Source of the DNA: an uncultured Gammaproteobacteria bacterium
Lineage (GTDB): Bacteria; Patescibacteriota; Patescibacteriia; S139-126
Direction of reading: 5' to 3'
NCBI GenBank assembly: GCA_964620905.1
Contig: CAZUKA010000001.1
Location: 18,141-82,140, forward strand
DNA length: 64,000 nucleotides
The notes below the pieces were generated by a model. That model saw only the letters and a list, made by a program, of their open reading frames with translations. It did not search any database and was not told where the DNA came from. The stretch's first letter is position 1. Every line of letters begins with the position of its first letter. The translations under genes and the position numbers were made by a program. This document shows positions 9,712 through 18,790 of the stretch, piece by piece.

Positions 9712-11031
9712 ATGAACAAAAATAAATCATCTGACAATCAACCAGCCAAAGGTCAAACTACTACCGAGGGGATTGAGGAGCTGTATGTAAAAGAACCCTC
9801 GTTTTTTCATCGTCCCTTGGTTGAGCATTCGGGAGTCTTGCGGACCTATTATTTTCTAGTTTGTTTAGTAGTGGGTATTTTTGGTGGAATTTTAGGAGAA
9901 CTCTTTGTCAACAATTATTTTTCTTCTCAAGGTTTACAGCTGACCAGTTTTTGGCAACCAGCAGCTGATAGTACTTCTGATGAAAAACAGCAGGTAATTA
10001 TTTTGCGTTCTAGTGAGGCAAACAAAGCAGAAAGCACAGCACTTAGCAGTTTGGTGGAAGCGGCTGGTGCAAGTGTGGTAGGGGTATTTCCAGAAAAAAA
10101 AGCAGGTGAGTCAATCTGGGATAGTATTTATTTGCCCAGTGAACAGCTGGGCAATGGTTTGATTTTAACTTCTGATGGCTGGATTGTTACTTCTGAGCAG
10201 GTGATCAATACCACGAGTAGTGATTTAGTGGTGGTATTCTCTGATAAAAATATGGCCAAAGTTGAAAGAGTTGTGATTGATAAAGCTTCAGGAGCAGTTT
10301 TTATTAAAGCTGATGCCCAAGGATTGAAAGTAGTAAAATTTGGTAGTAGTCAGATTTGGTTTCCTGGTGAGCAACTATTGGTGTTGGCTAGTTCGGTGGC
10401 TAGCGGAAAGTATAAAACCGCTTTAACCAATTTAGCTAGATTAAATTACCAACCAGCTCAAAAATCACAAGATTTGTTGCAAAACTCTGAGACCTACAAG
10501 GAAAAAGTTTTACTCAAAGATGCAGTTGATAGAGAATTTTTTGGTAGCCCAGTGGTAAATTTGAAAGGAGAGATAATTGGTATCTTATATGGCGGACAAT
10601 TGTCACCTAGCTCCAGTGAACTTTCAGGAAATATTGTAATACCACATAACTATTTCTCACAGGTTTTAAAGAATTTATTGGCAAATGGAGAAATTGATAG
10701 ACCATATTTGGGAGTAAATTATCTTGATTTGGCCCAGATAGTAGGTTTGGATAAAAATGTGAGCGAGGGTCGGCAGAGCGGAGCGGTTTTATATGGTGAA
10801 CGAGGTACTTTGCCGGCAGTGATGCCAGACAGTCCAGCGGCTAAAGCTGGATTGAAGGCAGGTGATATAATTATCAAAGTGAATAATGAAACCGTTGATA
10901 CCAATAATTCTTTGACTGAACTAGTGCAGCAATACAAAGTAGGAGATGTTTTAAAACTAACTATTATTTTTCAAGGTACAGAAAGGGTAGTGGATGCGGT
11001 ACTGACGGCAAAGCCAAAGGTTGGAAATTAG
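9712..11031 (+). CDS. membrane-anchored trypsin-like serine protease with C-terminal PDZ domain (HtrA/DegP-like, S1C)
   Basis: N-terminal TM (YYFLVCLVVGIFGGILGELFV). The protease core ends with FFGSPVVNLKGEIIGILYGG (a GDSGGP-like position). The C-terminal PDZ-like segment is GLKAGDIIIKVNNETVDTNNSLTELVQQYKVGDVLKLTI. Confidence 0.7.
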   Translation: MNKNKSSDNQPAKGQTTTEGIEELYVKEPSFFHRPLVEHSGVLRTYYFLVCLVVGIFGGILGELFVNNYFSSQGLQLTSFWQPAADSTSDEKQQVIILRSSEANKAESTALSSLVEAAGASVVGVFPEKKAGESIWDSIYLPSEQLGNGLILTSDGWIVTSEQVINTTSSDLVVVFSDKNMAKVERVVIDKASGAVFIKADAQGLKVVKFGSSQIWFPGEQLLVLASSVASGKYKTALTNLARLNYQPAQKSQDLLQNSETYKEKVLLKDAVDREFFGSPVVNLKGEIIGILYGGQLSPSSSELSGNIVIPHNYFSQVLKNLLANGEIDRPYLGVNYLDLAQIVGLDKNVSEGRQSGAVLYGERGTLPAVMPDSPAAKAGLKAGDIIIKVNNETVDTNNSLTELVQQYKVGDVLKLTIIFQGTERVVDAVLTAKPKVGN

Positions 11032-11089
11032 AATTTTGAATCGCGAATTTATATTTTGCATCAGGAAATCTTGAATATAAAAATGAAAA

Positions 11090-11117
11090 ATCTCGCTACT
11101 CGGGCGAGATTTTTTAG
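11090..11117 (+). terminator. intrinsic terminator (atctcgc-tactcgg-gcgagat + TTTTTT)
   Basis: 7-bp GC-containing stem followed by a six-T run, 60 nt after the HtrA-like stop codon. Confidence 0.75.
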
Positions 11118-11205
11118 TTTAGATACTTCATAAATTTGGATTAATTTGCAAAATTAAAATTAACTAGTGATTAGTTATTTAAATTAATTATTATAAATTC
11201 CAGAA

Positions 11206-11487
11206 TCAACTCTCTTCTGTTACCAGCTCCGAAGAAGGGGAGTATTTACGATTGCGGATTTTCCATCGGTCAGAATATTGTCCTAAGCCTTGTTGATAAA
11301 ATTGATTACGTCTCCGAGTACTTATTTGAGACCATTCTAAAACCGAACTAAAATTTAATTTGTATCTCCCTCTAACGACAATATACTTAATTTCTTGTCT
11401 TTTGATAGCTTGTCTGATAGTTTTGGTGCTTACCCCAAATAAGTGACTAGCTTGGGTAATTGATAAGCGAATTATTTTTTCTGTCAT
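11206..11487 (-). CDS. small helix-turn-helix DNA-binding protein (excisionase/MerR-type HTH)
   Basis: Sequence LSITQASHLFGVSTKTIRQAIKRQEI.YIVVRGRYKL is a typical excisionase-family HTH. It is paralogous to the ORF at 43171-43449. Internal Met at 11487 preferred over the listed 11547. Confidence 0.6.
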   Translation of the reverse strand: MTEKIIRLSITQASHLFGVSTKTIRQAIKRQEIKYIVVRGRYKLNFSSVLEWSQISTRRRNQFYQQGLGQYSDRWKIRNRKYSPSSELVTEES

Positions 11488-11590
11488 TTTATTTAAATTA
11501 TAGAATATTCTATACTTTAATTGTATAGTATTTAATAAATAAGTCAATAATTGTTACTTTTTTGATAATAAGACGTATAAATAGAAAGAA

Positions 11591-11691
11591 ATTTCTAATT
11601 ATTAATTACTAATAACTAATCAATGATTTAATTTAAGAATTAATTAATTAGTAATTCATTAGTAATTAGAAATTAGTTATTAGTAATTAAA
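11591..11691. promoter_or_regulatory. AT-rich inverted-repeat (operator-like) region in a divergent intergenic space
   Basis: The 11-mer atttctaatta (11591) is mirrored by taattagaaat (11664). The 17-mer ttaattactaataacta (11602) is mirrored by tagttattagtaattaa (11675). The region lies between the divergent HTH gene and the ECF sigma gene. Confidence 0.45.
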
Positions 11692-11864
11692 TAATGCTAT
11701 TTACATTTCCCAAGCAATTAGCTAGTATAACTTTATGCTAAATTTAGACTAATTTTCCCGAAAATTTATTATGTTTGTAGGGTTAATTAGTTTTTTTATT
11801 GGCTAAACTTTGGATATTTATTATTTTGTTGTGTAATATATCGGACAAATAATCGTCTTAACAA

Positions 11865-12428
11865 ATGAAAGCATTTAAAAAAATTACAGAGGCTTTTTTA
11901 CTGGAACGGCTGAAAAAAGGAGATTCAGACGCTTTTGCCCAAGTTTATGATGAATACGCCGACAAAATTTACCGTTTTATTTATTTTAAGGTTGACAACC
12001 AGCTGTTAGCAGAAGATTTGACTAGCCAAACTTTTTTAAAGTGTTGGGAGTATATTCGCCAGGAACAAAAAACAGTCGAGAATATTCAAGCTTTTTTATA
12101 CCGTATTGCTCGTAATAATGTGATTGATTATTATCGAACTAGAAAAGAAACAACGGATTTATCTGCCGCTATTGGACTTGATGATCAAAAATTGCCTCTA
12201 CCTGATGAAAAAATTAGTATTGACCAAGATACAAACGTGATGATTTCGGCTCTGGCAGAACTGCCAGATGATTACAATGATATAGTGACTTTGCGTTATA
12301 TTGAAGAATATACAGTCAGAGAAATTGCCGGTATTTTAGGAAAAACCGAAAACAATGTTCGCGTCACACTCCATCGCGCTATACAAGCACTAAAAAATCA
12401 AATTAAACAAACATTAGACAAGGATTAA
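11865..12428 (+). CDS. RNA polymerase ECF-type sigma-70 family sigma factor
   Basis: Region 2 (YDEYADKIYRFIYFKV...AEDLTSQTFLKCW) and region 4 HTH (TLRYIEEYTVREIAGILGKTENNVRVTLHRAIQALK) are present. Size is 187 aa. Confidence 0.85.
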   Translation: MKAFKKITEAFLLERLKKGDSDAFAQVYDEYADKIYRFIYFKVDNQLLAEDLTSQTFLKCWEYIRQEQKTVENIQAFLYRIARNNVIDYYRTRKETTDLSAAIGLDDQKLPLPDEKISIDQDTNVMISALAELPDDYNDIVTLRYIEEYTVREIAGILGKTENNVRVTLHRAIQALKNQIKQTLDKD

Positions 12429-13454
12429 ATGGATAAGTTAAATAAAAATTTACAAAGTTTAAGAGCAATAAAACTTGATAGTCAAGCCAAAGCCAGAGGG
12501 CGCGTGGTTTTATTGTCCAACTTAGCTTCTGATCAAACGGAAAAATTTTCTCTGATAAAATATTTAATTTCCCACCCATTGGTTTTGAAGCCTCTGACTT
12601 ATGTGGCAGCGGTGGTTTTGTTGTTTTTATTTGGTTCCTCCTATACTTTTTCAGCCGCCACCAACGCTTTGCCCGGCAATACTTTGTATCCAGTCAAGTT
12701 GCAGTTGGAAAAGTTGCAAGTTACTATGACTTCTGACCAAATGCTGAGAGCTAAAAAACAAATTGAGTTTACCGACCGGCGTTGGCAAGAATTTCAAAAT
12801 ATTTCCGAATCAGACGTCTTGTCTTTGGAAAAACAAGAGCAAGTAGCCAGAGCCGCTAGATACTTCAATGATTCTTTGCAAGAAATGAAAAATAGCCTAA
12901 ATGAAGTAAGTCAAGTAGAGAAAAATACTACCACCAATGGCGCAGTTGATATTGCTCAACTAGTCAACACCAAAACCAAACAGTATGAAGAAAAATTGGC
13001 TGGAGAATATGTTGATCTGCCAATTTCAGTTAAGTTGGTGATTGCCAAAGAAGTAGAAGAGATAAAGTTTCAGTCATTGGAGTTGTTGGTGACTAAATAT
13101 GAACAAGGCAGTAGTAGCGTTTCTCAAAGCGAGGTGGAAGCACAGTTACAAAGTAAAATTATATCTTTGGTAGAAAAAGCCAGTACCATGTCTGGAGATA
13201 GGCAAACTACTGCTTTGGAAAAATTACAATCAGTCCAAACGGCACTGTCTGATAAAAAATATTCTTTGGTAGTAAGTTCTATTCGTACTTATGAACAGTG
13301 GTTGGCAGAGGAAAAAGCCAAAGCCGAAGCAACGACCGAAGAGGCAACTACAACAGAAGGTGAAGTTTTAGGTGAAGAAGAGGTGGTTGACGAGACAGTA
13401 AATACTGTGAGTGATGTTAGTGCCAATACTTCAACAGAGAAAATAGTAGAATAA
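12429..13454 (+). CDS. membrane-anchored anti-sigma-factor-like protein (DUF5667-like), coiled-coil ectodomain with acidic T/E-rich tail
   Basis: Start codon overlaps the sigma gene stop (TAAATG). One TM helix LTYVAAVVLLFLFGS lies after a short cytoplasmic N-terminus. This position and architecture are typical of ECF anti-sigma factors. Function inferred from context only. Confidence 0.45.
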   Translation: MDKLNKNLQSLRAIKLDSQAKARGRVVLLSNLASDQTEKFSLIKYLISHPLVLKPLTYVAAVVLLFLFGSSYTFSAATNALPGNTLYPVKLQLEKLQVTMTSDQMLRAKKQIEFTDRRWQEFQNISESDVLSLEKQEQVARAARYFNDSLQEMKNSLNEVSQVEKNTTTNGAVDIAQLVNTKTKQYEEKLAGEYVDLPISVKLVIAKEVEEIKFQSLELLVTKYEQGSSSVSQSEVEAQLQSKIISLVEKASTMSGDRQTTALEKLQSVQTALSDKKYSLVVSSIRTYEQWLAEEKAKAEATTEEATTTEGEVLGEEEVVDETVNTVSDVSANTSTEKIVE

Positions 13455-13510
13455 AAATTACTTGCCTGGTATTCTGAAAAAAGTATTTTAAAAAACAAAA
13501 TTTACCTCTA

Positions 13511-13673
13511 CTTTTTTGACAACAAAAAAGTAGCAAAAAATTGCGTCCAATGCTTTGGTTCAGGCAAAATTGCCAATCCGCTCGTGTGCCTCTCAAAATC
13601 GCTTGCGCTAGTTGAGAGGCAAAATTCACTCGCTCCTTGACAATATTTGCACTTCACAAAGCAAATGGCCGAA
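13511..13673 (+). repeat. Family A palindromic repeat element, copy 1 (about 160 nt)
   Basis: Aligns over about 150 nt with 21219-21380. Shared core is gttcaggcaaaattgccaa.cgctcg..tgcctctcaaaa.cgctt.c.ctagttgagaggcaaa. Contains a 9-bp hairpin gcctctcaa/ttgagaggc. Confidence 0.7.
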
Positions 13674-13835
13674 TAAAAATAAATTAAATGTTTAAAAATT
13701 TAGATTTATTTACAAAATTAGAAAATTAAAAATTAAAAATTTTTTAAACGTTTGAAATTTGTAGATTTATGTCTATAGCTTTCAGACTTTTAAAGTCTGT
13801 GTCCCGCGCACGCGGGATAAAGTAGATCTTTGTTA

Positions 13836-13864
13836 GAACTTTGAATCATTCGGCCCTTCGTGTT
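13836..13864 (+). promoter_or_regulatory. candidate ECF-type promoter (GAACTT-N17-CGTGTT) upstream of the S-layer-like gene
   Basis: Motif agGAACTT / 17-nt spacer / CGTgtt loosely matches ECF sigma -35 GAAC and -10 CGT consensus. It lies about 250 nt upstream of ATG 14110 and just downstream of the ECF sigma/anti-sigma pair. Weak, sequence-only match. Confidence 0.25.
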
Positions 13865-14109
13865 ATTTCACGTTTGGGGGCTTTGGCAAAAAGTGAACAA
13901 GCAGATAGTTCTTTGCCAGTCATAAATGACTGGGTACGCTGCTTGTTCTAGACGAGCGGCATTTAGAACACTGCTTAGAGTTTGCTTTATAAAAATGCCA
14001 TTTGACCAAAGGTCGGACCAACGTAATCAGTAACCAAGATAAGCCTGGGTGGTTCTTTCGTTGCAATGAGTTCTAGCAAGACCTAATTATTAAAAAACAC
14101 AAACACTGT

Positions 14110-17100
14110 ATGAAAAAGTTTTTGATTGGCAGTTTGACAGTCATGACCGTAGTTTGGGCCATGGGTTTGTCTGCTTTCGTAGCAGTCCCAGCCTCAGCTG
14201 CTGTTGGTGATCTTGTTAAATCTGCTTCATCTAGCACAGTCTATGTAGTAAAGGCAGACGGTGTCACAATTTGTCAGTTCCCACATGCCAATGTTTACAA
14301 GTCATGGGGATATCCATCAAATTTCAGCACCGTTATGACTAAGGACCTCTCCAGCTACACTGTAGGATCAAACATCGAATTTAGAGATGCTTCCTTAGTG
14401 AAGGGAGATGGCCCAGCTGTATACCTCGTATACAACAACATGAAGAGACCAATTGTTTCTGATGTGGTCTTTTTGGCTCTCGGTTATGACTGGGATGATA
14501 TTACCTGGTTATCCGATGCATTTTTAGCTGATTACACCACTGGCGCGGTAGTTGATTCTTCAACTATGCACCCAGATGGTCAAATCGTAAAATATGCTGG
14601 AAATTCAGCGGTTTATCTCATTGATAACGGCATGAAGCGACCATTTGCTTCAGGTGCGGCTTATGAAGCCAATCGTTATTCTTGGAGTGACATTATTACT
14701 ATCCCTGACACCGAGACCTATCCAAATGGCTCAGCCATTTCAGGTTATGAGCAAGCTTTATCCTTACCAAATTGTATTGGTACCTCAGCAACTCCAGCTG
14801 GTAGCGGTTTGACAGTAGCTTTGTCTGCTTCAACCCCAGCCGCTGGTAGCATTATCACTGATTCATCCAATGGAGGTCAGGCTTTAGCTTCTTTCACCAC
14901 TGTTAACTTCACCGCCTCTTCTGATGGTGATGTTAAAGTAACCAATTTGAAGTTCAAGAGAACAGGTGTATCATCTGATACCTCACTTGATAACATGTAT
15001 CTCTATGATGGTAATACCAAACTTACTGATGGTGGTTCACTATCAAGTGGTATGGTTACCTTCAACAATTCAAATGGTTTATTCACAGTTCCAGCCGGCA
15101 CTACCAAGTCCATCACAGTTAAAGGTGATGTATCTACCACTGCCACCGCTGGTCAGACTATTGGTTTTGAATTATCCGGTTCCGCTTGGGTTACCACCAA
15201 CGGTGCATCCGTTTCTGGTAGTTTCCCGGCCTCTGGACATTTAATGACCGTAGCTTCTGTGTCTGATTTGGCCAAAGTTGGTGTGGCTACAACTTCTGTA
15301 GCTACAACTGTTGATCCTGACTCCACTGATGTAGTGGTTTGGCAGGGTACAGTTTATACCACCAACCAAACTGTGGCTTTGCACTATGTTAAATTTACTT
15401 CCCTCGGCAGCATTCAATATGATGACTTGAAGAATTTCAAGTTATATGATGGTGGCACTTTGGTTTCCTCTGTTGCCAGCATGACTTCTGACCGCGAAGT
15501 AATGTTTGACTTAACTGGCAGCCCAGTTAATTTCACTGTTGGTCAATCCAAGACCTTCAAAGTAATGGCTGATGTCGTCAAAGGTTCTACCCGTACTTAT
15601 AATTTCACTATCCAAGAAGCAACTGATATAGTTGCTAAGGATACCAATTATAATGTGTATGTTACTTCCAAAGTAACTAGCTCTTATGCTAACTGGGTGG
15701 TACTTAAGATGACTACTGATACTCAAATTAATTCTGGTGATTTAACTATTACCAAAGCCAATACCTCACCAACTGGCAATGTTGCTCAAAATGGTACCAA
15801 TGTAAAAGTTGCTACCTTTGAGTTGAAAGCCACTGGTGAAGATATGAAGGTAAAAGATTTGAACGTTAAGGCTGATTTTTCTTCAGGTTATGAAGGTGGT
15901 CTTGACAATGGTAAAGTATTTTTCAATGGCGTCCAAGTTGGTTCTACCAAGGATTTAACTGAAGCTGGTACCATCAACTTTACTTTTGGTTCAAGTTTGA
16001 TTGTTCCAGCCGGTACTACAGGTGTATTGGATATCTATGCTGATATACGTTCAGCTACAGGTACTACCATCACTGATGGTTCTGACGTCACTGTTTCTTT
16101 GGAAGCAGGCAGTTCCAATGTCCAAAAGATGGCATCACTTGGCTATACTAGCGCTCCAAGCGCCTCAGTACCAGCAAATAGTTTAAATGTAACCGCTGGT
16201 TCATTAAGTATTACTGAGTACTCTGCTTATACCAACCAAACCATGGTAGCAGGTAGTAACAACGTCAAGGTTGGTAGCGCTGTGTTTACCGCTGGATCAG
16301 CTGAAGGTGTCAATGTGACTTCAATCACAGTTGATTTATCAGCTGCTGAAGCTGGTAGCTCTACTAACATGTATTTGATGAAGGATGGTGTACAAATTGG
16401 TGTTACAAAACCAACCTTGTCCACTTCCAACATCTTTTCAGTCAATTTCAGCATCCCAGCTTCTGGTAGCCAGATCATTGATCTGTATGCCAGTTTGAAG
16501 AGTAATGCCGGACAAGGTACTTGGGAAGCTTCTATGTCTGCTGAAGGTGTAGGATTAACCACCAACAACACAGTTACTGCTGGTGCCCAAGCTTTACAAG
16601 ATATTACCATTGGCACTGGTGCTTTAACTGGTGTAGTTGATGCTTCCAGACCAGATGCTGATATAATCTTAGCTGGTACTACTAAAGTCTTGATGAACGC
16701 TATTAAGTTTACTGCTCAGTATGAAGACTTCAATGTTCAAGAAATGACTTTTACTGCAGACAATGCTACTGGTAATTTCCAACAACATGTTGGTGCAGTC
16801 ACACTTGAATATCCAACTCAAGGTGGTGGCACAGGTACAGCTCTTGGTTATATGGCAGGTGGTAGTGTTACTTTCACAAACCTTACCTTCTATATAGCAA
16901 GAGATACTTCAGCTGTGTTGAAAGTTTACATTGATGTTCCATCACTATCATCTGGCACCATTTCTGGTGGCACTGGTAGTATAAATTGGGATGTTTCTGC
17001 TACTTATAAGCATGTCGGTTTAGGAAGTGGTAATACTGACAGTGATGCTGATTCAGCACCTGGTATAGTTGCTGCTTCTGATATTGATGGTAATGACATG

Positions 17101-17634
17101 GTAGTAAGAAAGACCAGACCAACAGTAACCTTGGTTTCTTTACCAGCTACTACTTTGACTGCTGGTGATAAGACTCTTTCCAAGTTTACCGTAGCGGCTG
17201 ATGCTAAGGGTTCTATTGAACTCTTTGAATTGAATTGGGATGTTGCCACCTCAGGTGTAGCCTTCACTAGCCCGAGATTGTACAACGATGCCAATCCAAG
17301 CACAGTGTTAACTGCTTCTGGTACTGCAGCGTTTACTACAACCGGTTTAGAATATAAGCTTACTACCCCAGAGCAAATTGCTGCTGGTTCAAGTAAGACC
17401 TATATCTTAGTAGGTTTAGCTGGCGCTGTTTCCAACCCAGCAAGTGTTTCTACTAATTTAGATGCTGATTCAAGTGGAAGTACCGGTACACTTGGTACTC
17501 TCATGGGTTCAGCTACCTTTATTTGGTCAGATCAATCAGCTGTTCCACATACCTTACATACAGCTGACTGGGCAGGCGGCCTATATGTGAAGACTTTGCC
17601 ATCTGGCACTCAAACATTATATTATCCTAATTAA
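14110..17634 (+). CDS. large secreted Ser/Thr/Gly/Ala-rich repeat protein (putative S-layer or surface adhesin; tandem beta-sandwich/Ig-like modules)
   Basis: Signal peptide MKKFLIGSLTVMTVVWAMGLSAFVAVPASAAVGD. The 1174-aa protein is low in charge and has reiterated modules (...VPAGTTKSITVKGDVS..., ...IVPAGTTGVLDIYADIRS..., ...SIPASGSQIIDLYASLKS...). Codon usage is shifted toward C-ending codons (AAG, AAC, TTC, TAC, GGT) relative to neighbouring genes. A strong terminator follows. Confidence 0.7.
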   Translation: MKKFLIGSLTVMTVVWAMGLSAFVAVPASAAVGDLVKSASSSTVYVVKADGVTICQFPHANVYKSWGYPSNFSTVMTKDLSSYTVGSNIEFRDASLVKGDGPAVYLVYNNMKRPIVSDVVFLALGYDWDDITWLSDAFLADYTTGAVVDSSTMHPDGQIVKYAGNSAVYLIDNGMKRPFASGAAYEANRYSWSDIITIPDTETYPNGSAISGYEQALSLPNCIGTSATPAGSGLTVALSASTPAAGSIITDSSNGGQALASFTTVNFTASSDGDVKVTNLKFKRTGVSSDTSLDNMYLYDGNTKLTDGGSLSSGMVTFNNSNGLFTVPAGTTKSITVKGDVSTTATAGQTIGFELSGSAWVTTNGASVSGSFPASGHLMTVASVSDLAKVGVATTSVATTVDPDSTDVVVWQGTVYTTNQTVALHYVKFTSLGSIQYDDLKNFKLYDGGTLVSSVASMTSDREVMFDLTGSPVNFTVGQSKTFKVMADVVKGSTRTYNFTIQEATDIVAKDTNYNVYVTSKVTSSYANWVVLKMTTDTQINSGDLTITKANTSPTGNVAQNGTNVKVATFELKATGEDMKVKDLNVKADFSSGYEGGLDNGKVFFNGVQVGSTKDLTEAGTINFTFGSSLIVPAGTTGVLDIYADIRSATGTTITDGSDVTVSLEAGSSNVQKMASLGYTSAPSASVPANSLNVTAGSLSITEYSAYTNQTMVAGSNNVKVGSAVFTAGSAEGVNVTSITVDLSAAEAGSSTNMYLMKDGVQIGVTKPTLSTSNIFSVNFSIPASGSQIIDLYASLKSNAGQGTWEASMSAEGVGLTTNNTVTAGAQALQDITIGTGALTGVVDASRPDADIILAGTTKVLMNAIKFTAQYEDFNVQEMTFTADNATGNFQQHVGAVTLEYPTQGGGTGTALGYMAGGSVTFTNLTFYIARDTSAVLKVYIDVPSLSSGTISGGTGSINWDVSATYKHVGLGSGNTDSDADSAPGIVAASDIDGNDMVVRKTRPTVTLVSLPATTLTAGDKTLSKFTVAADAKGSIELFELNWDVATSGVAFTSPRLYNDANPSTVLTASGTAAFTTTGLEYKLTTPEQIAAGSSKTYILVGLAGAVSNPASVSTNLDADSSGSTGTLGTLMGSATFIWSDQSAVPHTLHTADWAGGLYVKTLPSGTQTLYYPN

Positions 17635-17677
17635 TTTTTGAGTTTAGTTAGATAGTAAAAGTACTTTACAACGCTTT

Positions 17678-17715
17678 CCACCCCCTGTTCCTATGGCAGG
17701 GGGTGGATTGTTTTT
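17678..17715 (+). terminator. strong intrinsic terminator (ccaccccctg-ttcctatgg-cagggggtgg + attgttttt)
   Basis: 10-bp GC-rich perfect stem followed by a T-run, 44 nt after the stop codon of the large surface protein. Confidence 0.85.
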
Positions 17716-17986
17716 AATTACTAATAACTAATTACTAATTTTAAACAAATTAGTATTTTTTATTGGTTTTTGTTATAATTTTTATAGTTTATTTGTCTGT
17801 TAAGCTAGTATTTGATATTTAGATTATTGAATAAAAGGTTTAAAAAGTATTATTATTTTTTATTAATATTAAATTTTGTAATTTTTAATTTTGTAATTTT
17901 ATAAACAAAAGAATATAAATTTTTAAACATTTGAAATTAAAAATTATTTAAAAATTAGAAAATTTAAAAATTAAAAATTATATAAT

Positions 17987-18790
17987 ATGGAAAATCAACT
18001 AGACAACAATCAAACCAATCAACCAGTGAGTGAAAATAAAAACCAAAACCGGATTTGGTATTTGGTGATAATTATTGCAGTTTTGGCAGTGATTTCTTTT
18101 CTGGTTTACAATAATACCAAAGACAAAACCCCAAAAGTAAGTGAAGAACCAACTAATGGAGAAATATTAATGGGTGGAGAAGAACTATCTCAGTATTTTC
18201 AAAATGAAGAAAAAAAATTAGCTCCTGATGTTTTGCCGCCCGCAGAAATAAAAGTCAGATTTGAAGCTGATTTAGCTGCTGCCAAACAATATATAATTGA
18301 TGAAGAAGGCAAAGAACTAGGTAGTCCTTACCAAGGTTATATGGGAGTTGCCAATTCTTTGCGAGCTATGGGGAATTACGAAGGAGCTGAACAAGCCTAT
18401 TTTGATATGATAGAAAAATTCCCTAATGATGAACTTATCTATCACAATTTAGGTGTTTTATATGAAGATATGCATCAGTATTTGGAAGCAGCTAAGGCAT
18501 ATTCTACTTCTATAGCCAAAAAACCAGATGAGCTTATTGCCCATATGAAACTAGCTGATCTATATGTCAAATATTCAAGTCAACCAGGAAAAGCCAAAGA
18601 AGTATATCTCAAGGCCTTGGAAGCAACTGGAAATCATCCAGAAATGCTCAAAGCCTATGCAGGTTATTTGGAATATACAGAAAATAATCTATCCGAAGCT
18701 TTGCTGTATTGGAAAGAAGTTTTGAAAGCTTATCCTGATAATCAAGCGGTGAAGGAGAGAGTGGAAGAACTTGAAAACAAGTTAAAGTAG
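17987..18790 (+). CDS. membrane-anchored tetratricopeptide-repeat (TPR) protein
   Basis: N-terminal TM (IWYLVIIIAVLAVISFLVY), followed by TPR-like helical repeats (YEGAEQAYFDMIEKFPND..., YLEAAKAYSTSIAKKPDE..., LSEALLYWKEVLKAYPDN). Confidence 0.65.
   Translation: MENQLDNNQTNQPVSENKNQNRIWYLVIIIAVLAVISFLVYNNTKDKTPKVSEEPTNGEILMGGEELSQYFQNEEKKLAPDVLPPAEIKVRFEADLAAAKQYIIDEEGKELGSPYQGYMGVANSLRAMGNYEGAEQAYFDMIEKFPNDELIYHNLGVLYEDMHQYLEAAKAYSTSIAKKPDELIAHMKLADLYVKYSSQPGKAKEVYLKALEATGNHPEMLKAYAGYLEYTENNLSEALLYWKEVLKAYPDNQAVKERVEELENKLK

Noticed and set aside
11206-11547. Excisionase-like HTH genes (11206-11487 and 43171-43449) as markers of an integrated prophage or ICE
   Set aside because: No integrase, recombinase, att-like tRNA junction (the tRNA-Pro at 8118 has no adjacent integrase) or phage structural genes are in the window. 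They are treated as stand-alone regulators.
13680-14109. Structured GC-enriched region tested mentally against RNase P RNA, tmRNA, SRP RNA and 6S RNA
   Set aside because: None of the conserved motifs I know for these RNAs are present (P4 GGAAAGUCCGGGC..., tmRNA tRNA-like ends, SRP GGAA/AGCAG domain IV). Kept only as a structured leader or unknown ncRNA candidate.
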